NCBI RefSeq assembly: GCF_048403405.1
Contig: NZ_CP183129.1
Strand: one strand, 5' to 3'
Source: Escherichia coli
GTDB lineage: Bacteria; Pseudomonadota; Gammaproteobacteria; Enterobacterales; Enterobacteriaceae
DNA length: 64,000 nucleotides
Shown here: positions 11,122-21,302 of the stretch, in pieces
Layout: every line of letters starts with the position of its first letter
Position numbering within the stretch: position 1 is the first letter of the stretch
Program-made: the position numbers and the translations under genes
Notes under the pieces: generated by a model
Databases searched by the model: none
Told to the model about the DNA's origin: nothing
Seen by the model: the letters and a program-made list of their open reading frames with translations, nothing else

Positions 11122-12087
11122 CTACAAATCCAACACCAGGCGTTTACCCTTCGCGCGCGAACAACAGATCAACATACTTTGCTGGCTGGCACGCTCTTCA
11201 TCGCTAAAATACTGATCCCGATGGTCAGCTTCACCTTCCAGTATTGCCGTTTCGCAGGTTCCGCATACCCCTTCACGACATAAACATTCCACTTTCGCGG
11301 CTTTATTATTTTCAATAACCTGCAAAATAGTCATCTCTTCCGGCACCACAAACTCTTTACCGGAACGGGCAAGCACCAGGGTAAATGCATCGCCGGTTTT
11401 GTCTTCAATCGCAAATTGCTCAAAGTGCAGCGTATCGGCGGCGATGTCCAGATGCGCAGCTTCACTTCTTACAGCTTCAATTAGCGCCTCGGGGCCGCAG
11501 GTATAAACATGTGTGCCAGGTTCGATATCCGCCAATAATCGCGCTAATTCCAGTCGTGTTCCGGTTGATGAATGATGAAAATGAACTTTCTCAGCCTGCG
11601 GATGCTGGACTAGCTCATCACGAAATGCGCAACTTTCTGGATTTCGCGAGCAGTAATGTAACTGCCAGTCGACGTCGCTGTATTGCAACTCTGCCAGGTG
11701 TGACAGGAAAGGGGTGATACCAATACCGCCCGCGATAAACAGATGCTTTCTGGCCGAGGGAATTAGCGCAAACAGGTTATTAGGCGTTGAAATCGTTAAC
11801 CGATCGCCCACTTTTACCTGCTGATGCAAAAAGCGGGAACCGCCGCGCGAGTTTTCCTCCAGTCGAACGGCAATCTGATAACAAGAGGTGTCATGCGGCG
11901 AACTCAGTAGTGAATACGCATTGCTGTACTCGTTATCACCATCGCTCATCTGCACAATGACGTGACTTCCTCCGGTAAACGCAGGTAATGGTTTGCCATC
12001 GGTTGCCACCAGCATGAAGCGTTTCACCTGTTCGGTAAGCGGTTCAACCTGGCTCACCTGTACTTCAAACATTTGATAGTCTGACAT
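11122..12087 (-). CDS. yeaX: carnitine monooxygenase reductase subunit (FMN/2Fe-2S oxidoreductase)
   Basis: 321-aa ORF; C-terminal plant-type ferredoxin cysteines CREGVCGTCE. Confidence 0.9.
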   Translation of the reverse strand: MSDYQMFEVQVSQVEPLTEQVKRFMLVATDGKPLPAFTGGSHVIVQMSDGDNEYSNAYSLLSSPHDTSCYQIAVRLEENSRGGSRFLHQQVKVGDRLTISTPNNLFALIPSARKHLFIAGGIGITPFLSHLAELQYSDVDWQLHYCSRNPESCAFRDELVQHPQAEKVHFHHSSTGTRLELARLLADIEPGTHVYTCGPEALIEAVRSEAAHLDIAADTLHFEQFAIEDKTGDAFTLVLARSGKEFVVPEEMTILQVIENNKAAKVECLCREGVCGTCETAILEGEADHRDQYFSDEERASQQSMLICCSRAKGKRLVLDL

Positions 12088-12142
12088 TGCTGTACTCCAT
12101 CAAAAATCAGCCCAGCGGCGGAAAATACCGCCGCCGATGTCA

Positions 12143-13267
12143 TTAGTCCTTAAACACCTGCGCCAGCAGATTATGGAAGTGGGCGATACCATGTTCGGAA
12201 ATTCCGCTACCGCTACTGTCGGCCATGATGCGCCCCTGGCCACGATAGCCACGCGATTTCAGCCCTTTCTGTACGCTTTCAACCAGACGTAAATCTTCCG
12301 GACGGAACACATCGCGATACCACTCAATCAGCGATTTTTGCTCGTCGGTTAACTCTTCATTGGTGAAGTAAATATCGTAGTTTTGCAGGGTAGTTTCAGA
12401 ATCCACCGGGAATTCATAAATGACCGTCATCATCCCTTTGATCGGGGTGACGTTCAGCATCGTGCACGGCCACAGCCAGAAACCGTGGAATGCCGCATCC
12501 GTGCCCTCTTCGAATTTGAAAGACTGTTCGGACGGTTTGGCGAAACCGTACTGCAGCGTCCAGTTACCGTGCATGGTGTGCCAGTAACGATCAACCTGTA
12601 CGGAGTCGGAGAAACCTGGATGCGCCGGACCACAGTGATAGCACTCGAGATAGTTATCGACAATGTTCTTCCAGTTGGCAGGCGTGCGGGTGGTAAAGCG
12701 GGCCGCCAGTTTCAGATCGTGGACTTCCGGGCAGGCTTCCAGCACTTTCGCCCCCAGACCGGGTAACTGATCTTCTACGCTGGTGGCGTTGGGGTCCATG
12801 TTGATGAAGACGAATCCGGCATATTCTTCCAGACGCACCGGAACCAGTTGCGCTTTGTCGCTATCGAAATTGGCGACGTTTTCGCAGTTACGCGCATGGG
12901 CCAGATTACCATCGAGTTTGAATGCCCAGGCGTGATACGGGCAGGTAATCACATTTTTCGCTTTCCCTTCGCCGCTCAATAACTGATGACCACGGTGCGG
13001 GCAAACGTTATAGAACGCGCGCAAAACCTTATCACGACCACGTACCAGCACGATGCTTTCGCCAATGATCTCACGCGTCACATAATCATTGGCATTCGCC
13101 AGTTCGCTGCTGTGAGCGACGCAAATCCAGCTTTTGGCGAAGACGTTCTCTTTTTCGTGTTCAAAGGCGTTCTGATCGGTATAAAAACGGGCAGGAATGG
13201 TCCACGCCTCTTGCGGGTTAGCGCAAAAATTTTCGGGTAGTACAAAGTCAGGGCTCAGATTGCTCAT
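12143..13267 (-). CDS. yeaW: carnitine monooxygenase oxygenase subunit (Rieske 2Fe-2S)
   Basis: Start taken at MSNLSPDFVLPENF… (374 aa) rather than the 414-aa track ORF; Rieske motif CPHRGH…CPYHAW. Confidence 0.9.
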   Translation of the reverse strand: MSNLSPDFVLPENFCANPQEAWTIPARFYTDQNAFEHEKENVFAKSWICVAHSSELANANDYVTREIIGESIVLVRGRDKVLRAFYNVCPHRGHQLLSGEGKAKNVITCPYHAWAFKLDGNLAHARNCENVANFDSDKAQLVPVRLEEYAGFVFINMDPNATSVEDQLPGLGAKVLEACPEVHDLKLAARFTTRTPANWKNIVDNYLECYHCGPAHPGFSDSVQVDRYWHTMHGNWTLQYGFAKPSEQSFKFEEGTDAAFHGFWLWPCTMLNVTPIKGMMTVIYEFPVDSETTLQNYDIYFTNEELTDEQKSLIEWYRDVFRPEDLRLVESVQKGLKSRGYRGQGRIMADSSGSGISEHGIAHFHNLLAQVFKD

Positions 13268-13298
13268 AGGGTTACCTTTATCGTTAGGATGATGGCGC

Positions 13299-14909
13299 TC
13301 AGTTGTCGCCTTTGAATACGGTTCCCGCAGGGAGCACTGGCGTTTTTTCCGGGGCTTCAACCGGTGTCTGCGGGAGATAATGTTCAACTTGATGAGCCGG
13401 AATGTCGGCGTAATCCTGTTTCAGCCAGCGAATAAAGCCACCGACTTTCACCAGTAAAATAACGAGGAAGGGCAGGGCTGTAAGTACCACAGTGGTTTTC
13501 ATGGTTTCCAGCGACGCGCCAGTAAATAAGATAGACAGTGGAATCAGGGTGATAACCACGCACCAGAACAGGCGAAGAGCACGGTCAGGGTCGTCACCTT
13601 CCTTAAGATTTCGCGTACTGGTCGCCGCCATGGTGTAGGCCACCGCATCCATATGCGAGGCAAGGAAAATAATCATCACGCCCAGGTATGCGGCGAGGAA
13701 CAATTTACCGGCTGGCAACGACATCAGAACTTGCTGCACAGCTGTCTCGCCGCCCAGTGTTTCCAGCACCTGTGGGACGTTGATTACGCCATTGATAAAC
13801 TGGTGAATGGCATAGCTTTCCATTACGCCGAAGAAGAACCAGCAACCGACGGTGCTGCCGAGGATCAGTCCCCAGATAACTTCTTTAATCTTACGACCGC
13901 GTGAAACGCGTGTGACAAACATTGCTACGCCAGGGGTGTATGAAATCCACCACAGCCAGTAGAAAACGGTCCAGTTGCGGGGAAATGAACCATCGCCAAG
14001 CGGATCGGTGAATAAGCTCATTTGCAGGAAGTTTTGCGTGGTCAGGCCGATGGCATTGATGATGCTGTTGGTAATAAATTCGGTTGGACCGACAATCAGC
14101 ACCAGTAATGGCAGCAGGAACGCGCCCCAGCCAACCATTTTGCTCAGACGTTGCAAACCGTTGTTGATACCAATCCACGAGCTTAGGCAAAAAATGCCGC
14201 CGGAAAGCAGGATCACAAATGCCTGCACGGTGAAGTTATCGGGTAAACCGGTCAGCGCGGAAAGCCCACGAGTAAAGGTTGCTGCGGTAACAACAAGGGA
14301 AATGGTCAGCGCACCGACAGTGGCGATCAGGAACATCAAATCGACCAGTTTTCCCCACGGGCCTTGCGGGCGAACGCCGGTAATCGCGGCAATAATGCCG
14401 GAAAGGCTCAGACCTTTGTTTTTCCGCACATGAAAGTGATAAGCCATGATTAATGAGGCCAGCGTATAAGTTGCCCAGGCGCTGATGCCCCAGTGGAAGA
14501 AGGAGTAAGGGACGCTAAATTCGAGTGCCTGTTGTGAACGCGGTGCGATATTTAATCCAGGTGTTTGATAATAATAGGCCCATTCAGCACCCCCCCAATA
14601 AAGCGTAGAAGAACCTAAACCGGCACAAATAAACATAAACAGCCAGGAGAGCGTGCTGTATTCCGGTTTTCCTTCTCCAAGACGAATATTGCCGTATTTA
14701 CTGGTGGCTAAATAAATCACCAGTCCCATTGCCAGCAAAACCAATACCTGTACGGCGGAACCTAACGTACGCGTAACAAAAGTGTATATTGCGTTGGCCG
14801 CGTCGGCCGATTGTTGTGGGAAAAGGCTTAATGCAGCTGCGATGAAAAGAATGGCCACCAGGCTGATGCTTATCAGCGGCACATCTTTTTTCTTAACATT
14901 GCTCATCAT
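13299..14909 (-). CDS. yeaV: BCCT-family transporter (carnitine/betaine type)
   Basis: 536-aa ORF with 12 predicted TM segments, aligns along its length with CaiT-like transporters; exact start codon uncertain. Confidence 0.8.
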   Translation of the reverse strand: MMSNVKKKDVPLISISLVAILFIAAALSLFPQQSADAANAIYTFVTRTLGSAVQVLVLLAMGLVIYLATSKYGNIRLGEGKPEYSTLSWLFMFICAGLGSSTLYWGGAEWAYYYQTPGLNIAPRSQQALEFSVPYSFFHWGISAWATYTLASLIMAYHFHVRKNKGLSLSGIIAAITGVRPQGPWGKLVDLMFLIATVGALTISLVVTAATFTRGLSALTGLPDNFTVQAFVILLSGGIFCLSSWIGINNGLQRLSKMVGWGAFLLPLLVLIVGPTEFITNSIINAIGLTTQNFLQMSLFTDPLGDGSFPRNWTVFYWLWWISYTPGVAMFVTRVSRGRKIKEVIWGLILGSTVGCWFFFGVMESYAIHQFINGVINVPQVLETLGGETAVQQVLMSLPAGKLFLAAYLGVMIIFLASHMDAVAYTMAATSTRNLKEGDDPDRALRLFWCVVITLIPLSILFTGASLETMKTTVVLTALPFLVILLVKVGGFIRWLKQDYADIPAHQVEHYLPQTPVEAPEKTPVLPAGTVFKGDN

Positions 14910-15113
14910 GAGTCATCTCCTGGGCATAAAAGCCCGTCTCTGGCTTTTGCCAGTTGTAATTATTTGCAGGGTAATGAGTTGCATGTTGTGTTTAACAAAT
15001 TGATTATTTACATGTTACATAAATTAAACAATTAAGAATACGGAAAGCCATAAAACACGAAACGGAAACAATAAAAGGTGAAATGACGCAGGTTATTAAC
15101 TGCAAAGAACGAA

Positions 15114-15140
15114 TAAAAAAACCGCGTCAGTGACGCGGTT
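15114..15140 (-). terminator. intrinsic terminator downstream of dmlA
   Basis: Perfect palindrome ACCGCGTCA-G-TGACGCGGT flanked by A7 on the plus strand (U-tract on minus). Confidence 0.8.
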
Positions 15141-15159
15141 CAAATAAACTGGTTTGACC

Positions 15160-16245
15160 TTAACGCAAAATAATTTTGCAAATCGCGTCGGCAACCTGTG
15201 GCGTGGTGGCATTGCCTTTCATATCAGGTGTTTTCGGCCCGTGAGCAATCACTTCTTCAATCGCGGCCAGAATACCGTTATGCGCTTGCTGGAAACGCTC
15301 ATCGCCATTGCCGAGAAAATCGAGCATCATTGCACCGGCCCAAATTGTGGCGATAGGGTTAGCAATGTTTTTCCCGTAGATATCCGGCGCGGAACCGTGG
15401 ACTGGCTCGAAGAGCGACGGGAAAGTGCGTTCCGGATTCAGGTTGGCGGATGGGGCAATGCCAATGGTGCCGGTGCAGGCCGGGCCAAGATCGGAAAGGA
15501 TATCGCCAAACAAATTGGACGCCACTACCACATCGAAGCGTTCCGGCTGCATCACAAAACGCGCGCAGAGAATATCAATATGCTGCTTGTCCCAGCAGAT
15601 CTCCGGGTAATTCTCGGCCATTGCTTCCACTCGCTCATCCCAGTACGGCATGCTGATGGCTAAACCGTTCGATTTAGTGGCAGAAGTTAGCGTCTTACGT
15701 GGGCGGCTTTGCGCAAGTTCGAAGGCATAACGCAAAATGCGATCGACACCACGACGCGTAAATACCGATTCCTGAATGACGACTTCATGCTCTGTACCTT
15801 CATTCACTCTGCCGCCGAGCGAGGAATATTCGCCTTCGGTGTTTTCCCTGACCACGTAAAAATCGATGTCGCCAGGCTGTTTTCCCGCCAGCGGGCAGGG
15901 AACGCCAGGAAAGAGACGAACCGGGCGCAGGTTGACGTACTGGTCGAATTCACGACGAAATTTCAGCAGCGAACCCCACAACGAAATATGGTCCGGAACG
16001 GTGTCCGGCCAGCCGACGGCACCAAAATAGATGGCGTCGAAACGGCTAAGTTGCTCATGCCAGTCGTCCGGCATCATTTTACCGTGATGGCTGTAATACT
16101 CGCAGCTCGCCCACTCCATTTGCTCAAAACTCAAGGCGAAGCCCCAGCGCTCAGCGGCAGCCTGTAACACGCGAATCCCTTCAGGAAGGACTTCTTTGCC
16201 AATCCCGTCTCCCGGGATCGCAGCAATACGCATCGTTTTCATCAT
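15160..16245 (-). CDS. dmlA: D-malate / 3-isopropylmalate dehydrogenase (decarboxylating)
   Basis: 361-aa ORF, isocitrate/isopropylmalate dehydrogenase family (MMKTMRIAAIPGDGIGKEV…). Confidence 0.92.
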   Translation of the reverse strand: MMKTMRIAAIPGDGIGKEVLPEGIRVLQAAAERWGFALSFEQMEWASCEYYSHHGKMMPDDWHEQLSRFDAIYFGAVGWPDTVPDHISLWGSLLKFRREFDQYVNLRPVRLFPGVPCPLAGKQPGDIDFYVVRENTEGEYSSLGGRVNEGTEHEVVIQESVFTRRGVDRILRYAFELAQSRPRKTLTSATKSNGLAISMPYWDERVEAMAENYPEICWDKQHIDILCARFVMQPERFDVVVASNLFGDILSDLGPACTGTIGIAPSANLNPERTFPSLFEPVHGSAPDIYGKNIANPIATIWAGAMMLDFLGNGDERFQQAHNGILAAIEEVIAHGPKTPDMKGNATTPQVADAICKIILR

Positions 16246-16347
16246 TGGGTTCTCACTTCCTGACCATCAAAATTGACAACATCACCATCCTATAATTGAC
16301 TGAAAAGGAATTAATCCCTGTAACTGGTGAAACATAAAACACGAATC

Positions 16348-17271
16348 ATGAATAATTTACCGCTGCTGAACGATTTGCGCGTCTTTATGCTGGTGGCTCG
16401 CCGGGCTGGTTTTGCCGCCGTGGCGGAAGAACTGGGCGTTTCTCCAGCGTTCGTCAGCAAGCGCATCGCCTTGCTGGAGCAAACGCTAAACGTGGTGTTG
16501 TTACACCGCACCACCCGCCGTGTCACCATTACCGAAGAAGGAGAGCGGATTTATGAATGGGCGCAGCGGATTTTGCAGGATGTCGGTCAAATGATGGACG
16601 AACTTTCTGACGTGCGTCAGGTGCCGCAGGGGATGCTGCGTATTATCAGCAGCTTTGGTTTTGGACGACAGGTGGTGGCCCCGGCGTTATCAGCGCTGGC
16701 GAAGGCGTATCCGCAACTGGAATTACGTTTTGATGTGGAAGACCGGTTGGTCGATTTGGTCAATGAAGGTGTCGATCTCGATATTCGCATTGGCGATGAT
16801 ATCGCCCCTAATTTAATCGCCCGCAAACTGGCGACCAATTATCGCATTCTCTGCGCGTCACCGGAATTTATTGCGCAACATGGCGCGCCGAAACATTTAA
16901 CCGATCTTTCTGCATTGCCGTGCCTGGTCATTAAAGAGCGCGATCATCCTTTTGGTGTCTGGCAATTACGCAATAAAGAAGGCCACCATGCGATTAAAGT
17001 TACCGGCCCACTGTCGTCTAATCATGGAGAAATTGTCCATCAGTGGTGTCTTGATGGGCAGGGGATTGCTCTGCGCTCCTGGTGGGATGTTAGCGAAAAT
17101 ATTGCCAGTGGTCATTTAGTGCAGTTGCTACCGGAATATTACCAGCCAGCGAATGTCTGGGCCGTTTATGTTTCAAGGCTGGCGACGTCAGCGAAAGTGC
17201 GGATAACGGTAGAATTTTTACGCCAGTATTTTGCCGAGCACTACCCGAATTTTTCACTGGAGCATGCCTGA
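16348..17271 (+). CDS. dmlR: LysR-family transcriptional regulator
   Basis: Track ORF from 16327; start taken at MNNLPLLNDLRVFMLVARR… (307 aa); divergent from dmlA. Confidence 0.88.
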   Translation: MNNLPLLNDLRVFMLVARRAGFAAVAEELGVSPAFVSKRIALLEQTLNVVLLHRTTRRVTITEEGERIYEWAQRILQDVGQMMDELSDVRQVPQGMLRIISSFGFGRQVVAPALSALAKAYPQLELRFDVEDRLVDLVNEGVDLDIRIGDDIAPNLIARKLATNYRILCASPEFIAQHGAPKHLTDLSALPCLVIKERDHPFGVWQLRNKEGHHAIKVTGPLSSNHGEIVHQWCLDGQGIALRSWWDVSENIASGHLVQLLPEYYQPANVWAVYVSRLATSAKVRITVEFLRQYFAEHYPNFSLEHA

Positions 17272-17328
17272 TTAATGATTCAATTATCGGGTTGATATCG
17301 GGTTAAAACCTGATTTTCTCCTTTCTAA

Positions 17329-18036
<708 letters not shown>

Positions 18037-18043
18037 TGCTTTC

Positions 18044-18070
18044 AGCCCGCGTTGTCGCGGGCTTCCCATC
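18044..18070 (+). terminator. probable terminator of leuE (weak U-tract)
   Basis: Stem AGCCCGCG / CGCGGGCT with loop TTGT, followed by TCCCATCTG. Confidence 0.45.
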
Positions 18071-18119
18071 TGTAATCCTCCCTGATTCTTCTCTGATATG
18101 GTGCTAAAAAGTAACCAAT

Positions 18120-18143
18120 AAATGGTATTTAAAATGCAAATTA
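18120..18143 (+). promoter_or_regulatory. NsrR operator upstream of yeaR-yoaG
   Basis: AAATGGTATTTAAAATGCAAATTA resembles the NsrR 11-1-11 inverted repeat AAGATGCATTT-N-AAATGCATCTT; about 65 bp upstream of yeaR. Confidence 0.65.
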
Positions 18144-18208
18144 TCAGGCGTACCCTGAAACGGCTGGAATAAACCATTTTCAGCGCATTCACCGAAGGAG
18201 GGAAAAGG

Positions 18209-18568
18209 ATGCTGCAAATCCCACAGAATTATATTCATACGCGCTCAACGCCTTTCTGGAATAAACAAACTGCGCCTGCCGGAATATTCGAGCGTCATCT
18301 TGATAAAGGAACGCGCCCGGGAGTTTACCCACGCCTTTCCGTTATGCATGGGGCGGTCAAATATCTCGGCTACCCTGATGAACACAGTGCAGAGCCTGAT
18401 CAGGTGATCCTTATCGAAGCGGGGCAGTTTGCGGTGTTCCCTCCAGAAAAGTGGCACAACATTGAAGCCATGACTGACGATACTTATTTCAACATTGACT
18501 TCTTCGTTGCCCCTGAAGTCCTGATGGAAGGTGCGCAACAACGGAAAGTCATTCATAACGGGAAATGA
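18209..18568 (+). CDS. yeaR: DUF1971 protein (TehB C-terminal-like)
   Basis: 119-aa ORF MLQIPQNYIHTRSTPFWNK…. Confidence 0.9.
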   Translation: MLQIPQNYIHTRSTPFWNKQTAPAGIFERHLDKGTRPGVYPRLSVMHGAVKYLGYPDEHSAEPDQVILIEAGQFAVFPPEKWHNIEAMTDDTYFNIDFFVAPEVLMEGAQQRKVIHNGK

Positions 18569-18571
18569 ATC

Positions 18572-18754
18572 ATGGGCAAAGCAACGTATACCGTGACCGT
18601 CACCAATAACAGCAATGGCGTTTCTGTCGATTATGAAACAGAGACGCCGATGACTTTGCTGGTGCCAGAAGTGGCGGCTGAAGTGATAAAAGATCTGGTG
18701 AATACCGTGCGTTCTTATGACACGGAAAACGAACATGATGTTTGTGGTTGGTAA
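18572..18754 (+). CDS. yoaG: small protein co-transcribed with yeaR
   Basis: 60-aa ORF MGKATYTVTVTNNSNGVSVDYETETPM… starting 4 bp after the yeaR stop. Confidence 0.85.
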   Translation: MGKATYTVTVTNNSNGVSVDYETETPMTLLVPEVAAEVIKDLVNTVRSYDTENEHDVCGW

Positions 18755-18901
18755 TTATCACTGATCGTTGATGGCGCAATTTCTGCGCCATCGCAAAAAA
18801 ATCCTCCGTGATGCTCGTCACAAATCTTGCCCTCCCGATGTTGTGCTATGCTTTTTATCAGCGACTAACCCGCTAATGCAAAACAGATAAGTGAGGAAAC
18901 A

Positions 18902-19150
18902 ATGGGCATTCTGTCATGGATTATTTTTGGGCTTATTGCCGGTATTCTGGCGAAGTGGATCATGCCAGGTAAAGATGGTGGTGGATTCTTTATGACTATC
19001 CTGCTGGGGATAGTCGGTGCCGTAGTCGGCGGATGGATCAGCACGCTGTTTGGCTTTGGTAAAGTCGATGGCTTCAATTTTGGCAGCTTCGTGGTTGCCG
19101 TTATTGGCGCGATTGTCGTGCTGTTTATCTACAGAAAGATTAAAAGTTAA
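18902..19150 (+). CDS. yeaQ: GlsB/YeaQ/YmgE-family small membrane protein
   Basis: 82-aa ORF with glycine-rich TM helices (MGILSWIIFGLIAGILAKWIMPGKDGGG…). Confidence 0.9.
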   Translation: MGILSWIIFGLIAGILAKWIMPGKDGGGFFMTILLGIVGAVVGGWISTLFGFGKVDGFNFGSFVVAVIGAIVVLFIYRKIKS

Positions 19151-19163
19151 CGCGTAAATTGCA

Positions 19164-19198
19164 CAAAGGCTGCACACAGGCAGCCTTTGCTATTTTCT
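19164..19198 (+). terminator. intrinsic terminator of yeaQ
   Basis: Stem CAAAGGCTGC / GCAGCCTTTG with 6-nt loop, followed by CTATTTTCT. Confidence 0.8.
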
Positions 19199-19208
19199 AG
19201 ATGTGACG

Positions 19209-19283
19209 TTACCACCATCCCAGCTCAGTGCCGAGTACGACAATAATCGCCACACCCATCATAATAATCGTTGTTTTTTTCAT
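19209..19283 (-). CDS. yoaJ: small membrane protein (24 aa)
   Basis: Minus-strand ATG at 19283: MKKTTIIMMGVAIIVVLGTELGWW; below ORF-track cutoff. Confidence 0.7.
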   Translation of the reverse strand: MKKTTIIMMGVAIIVVLGTELGWW

Positions 19284-19285
19284 CT

Positions 19286-19384
19286 TTATGCTCCCGGGGC
19301 AGCATAGCCGCCAATAAAAAACCATGCTAAAAATACGACCGCTGTAATAAAGATTACAACCGGAAAAATAATACCGATTCGCAT
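19286..19384 (-). CDS. yoaK: small membrane protein (32 aa)
   Basis: Minus-strand ATG at 19384: MRIGIIFPVVIFITAVVFLAWFFIGGYAAPGA; stop 2 nt upstream of the yoaJ start codon. Confidence 0.7.
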   Translation of the reverse strand: MRIGIIFPVVIFITAVVFLAWFFIGGYAAPGA

Positions 19385-19416
19385 GTTATCACCAATCAAA
19401 AGGATGTGAATACGCC

Positions 19417-20442
19417 TCAGGAATGTAGCGCTGGATGCGCGACAAAAGGTGTTTTCTGTTTGCGTTTTTTCTCCTGATACATCGCGATATCGGCAGCATG
19501 CAGGGCACTGTCTGCATCGGTCGTTTCAGGATCGACTTCTACTATGCCAAGACTGGCACCGGGATAATACAAATCAACATCACCTAAGTGATATTCTCCG
19601 CATATTTGCTGCTGAATACGTTCTCGCAGAGACGAAATATCCGCATTCTCGTTGTTCAGTGAAACAACCAAAAACTCATCACCGCCGAGACGACCAATAA
19701 CTTCGCCATTTTGCTGGAGCGTATTAAGGCGCTCGCCAACCTGAATGAGGAACAAATCACCACTATTATGACCAAAACGATCGTTGATTAATTTGAAGTT
19801 ATCCAGATCGATAAACGCGATCATTATCTTATGGTTAAGATGTCGGGCGAGAGAAAACAGCGTCGTCAGGTTTTCAAAAATCGCCCGCCGATTCGGTAGC
19901 CCGGTTAACGAGTCGGTATACGATTGCGCAATCAGCGCAGCATTGGCTTCGCGCAGCTGTTCAACCAGTGCCTCTTTTTGAATATATTGTGCAATCAGTC
20001 CGGCGAATAACTGTAAAACCTGTTCCGCGCGTTCACTCCACTGGCGCTTCTCACTACTGGCGGCGCAAAGCGTGCCATAGAATGATCCATCCGGTAAGTG
20101 AATTGGCGTGCTCAGAAATGTGGTGATGCCAAGATTGCGTGCCGCAATACAGTCGCCCCAACGGTCAGGGACTTCATCGCTGAAAAAGCAGTTTTCATCA
20201 ATGGCGCGTTTGCATAACGAGTAATCCCACGAGACGGTAAAATTCTCCGGGATGTGCATTTTCTGGCTGTTACGGGCAAACATAATATGCTGCAGGCGCG
20301 CTTCGACATCCACTTTGGTCAGGTAGGTTGATTCCATATCAGTGACCATTTCCAGCATCTCCAGAAGCTGTCGGACCAGACTTTCCAGTGACTGTTCTTT
20401 GGCAAGGGATTGCGAGACGCGGGCGATAATCTGATCTGACAC
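19417..20442 (-). CDS. dgcP: diguanylate cyclase (GAF-GGDEF)
   Basis: Start taken at GTG 20442 (VSDQIIARVSQSLAKEQ…, 341 aa); intact GGDEF motif RLGGDEFLVV. Confidence 0.88.
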   Translation of the reverse strand: MSDQIIARVSQSLAKEQSLESLVRQLLEMLEMVTDMESTYLTKVDVEARLQHIMFARNSQKMHIPENFTVSWDYSLCKRAIDENCFFSDEVPDRWGDCIAARNLGITTFLSTPIHLPDGSFYGTLCAASSEKRQWSERAEQVLQLFAGLIAQYIQKEALVEQLREANAALIAQSYTDSLTGLPNRRAIFENLTTLFSLARHLNHKIMIAFIDLDNFKLINDRFGHNSGDLFLIQVGERLNTLQQNGEVIGRLGGDEFLVVSLNNENADISSLRERIQQQICGEYHLGDVDLYYPGASLGIVEVDPETTDADSALHAADIAMYQEKKRKQKTPFVAHPALHS

Positions 20443-20624
20443 GAAACAACTCCAGGATACGGCGGGTAAATGCTGATTATTTAATCTTTGCAGGCATGAT
20501 AAAACATCATCAACGAAGATGAAACAAGGCGTAATATGATTTGAGTGAATGTAATAAAAATAGTGCTGCAAAACAAAACGATACCGCGATACTCTAAGTC
20601 TGGATAAATATGTGAGATCAATAA

Positions 20625-20879
20625 ATGAAAATTATCAGTTTTGTTCTGCCTTGCTTGCTGGTCCTGGCTGGTTGTTCAACCCCTTCTCAGCCAGAAGCAC
20701 CCAAACCGCCGCAGATTGGTATGGCAAATCCGGCGTCGGTCTATTGCCAGCAGAAGGGCGGGACGCTCATTCCAGTGCAGACAGCGCAAGGGGTCAGCAA
20801 CAATTGCAAATTACCGGGCGGTGAAACGATTGATGAATGGGCATTGTGGCGACGGGACCATCCGGCTGGTGAAAAATAA
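20625..20879 (+). CDS. yoaF: DUF333 lipoprotein
   Basis: 84-aa ORF with lipoprotein signal LVLAGCSTP. Confidence 0.88.
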   Translation: MKIISFVLPCLLVLAGCSTPSQPEAPKPPQIGMANPASVYCQQKGGTLIPVQTAQGVSNNCKLPGGETIDEWALWRRDHPAGEK

Positions 20880-20900
20880 CCGCCGGATGCTGTACTAAAA

Positions 20901-21248
20901 TCACAAGCTACGTAGCCAGTCGGCCAGCACCAGCGCATGGTTCTGCGTGGTGTTTTTTGCTGAGTAGAGCAGGGTCAGCGGCTGTTTTTTGGCGATGTCC
21001 GCCAGCCGCTTTCCTTCTTGCTCATGTTGCGCCAGTTCTGCAAGATATTGCTCGCGAAAGGTTGCAAAATCGACGACTTCGCCGTGAAAGGCTTTGCGCA
21101 GTTCCGTTGACGGCGTGATTTCTTTATCCCACTCATCAAGGGCTAAATCGGTTTTTTTGATACCACGCGGCCAGAGGCGGTCGACCAGTACGCGATAACC
21201 ATCGCTCTGTTCTGCCGGATCATAAACGCGTTTGCACTGAATATTCAT
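20901..21248 (-). CDS. yeaO: DUF488 family protein
   Basis: Start taken at MNIQCKRVYDPAEQSDGYRVLVDRLWPRGIKK… (115 aa). Confidence 0.85.
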   Translation of the reverse strand: MNIQCKRVYDPAEQSDGYRVLVDRLWPRGIKKTDLALDEWDKEITPSTELRKAFHGEVVDFATFREQYLAELAQHEQEGKRLADIAKKQPLTLLYSAKNTTQNHALVLADWLRSL

Positions 21249-21302
21249 CGTGTTTGTTCTCCCTTCCACGCATGATTGGTCACGTCACTATAGCACCGGA
21301 TA

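Noticed and set aside
12143-13387. Extended 414-aa version of yeaW starting at 13387
   Set aside because: The extra 40 residues ([22 protein letters not shown]…) are basic low-complexity sequence overlapping the yeaV 3' end; the start at 13267 gives the expected Rieske oxygenase N-terminus.
18778-18800. Hairpin GATGGCGCA-ATTTC-TGCGCCATC downstream of yoaG
   Set aside because: Not called as an intrinsic terminator because no U-tract follows it on either strand; it may still be a structural or Rho-dependent element.
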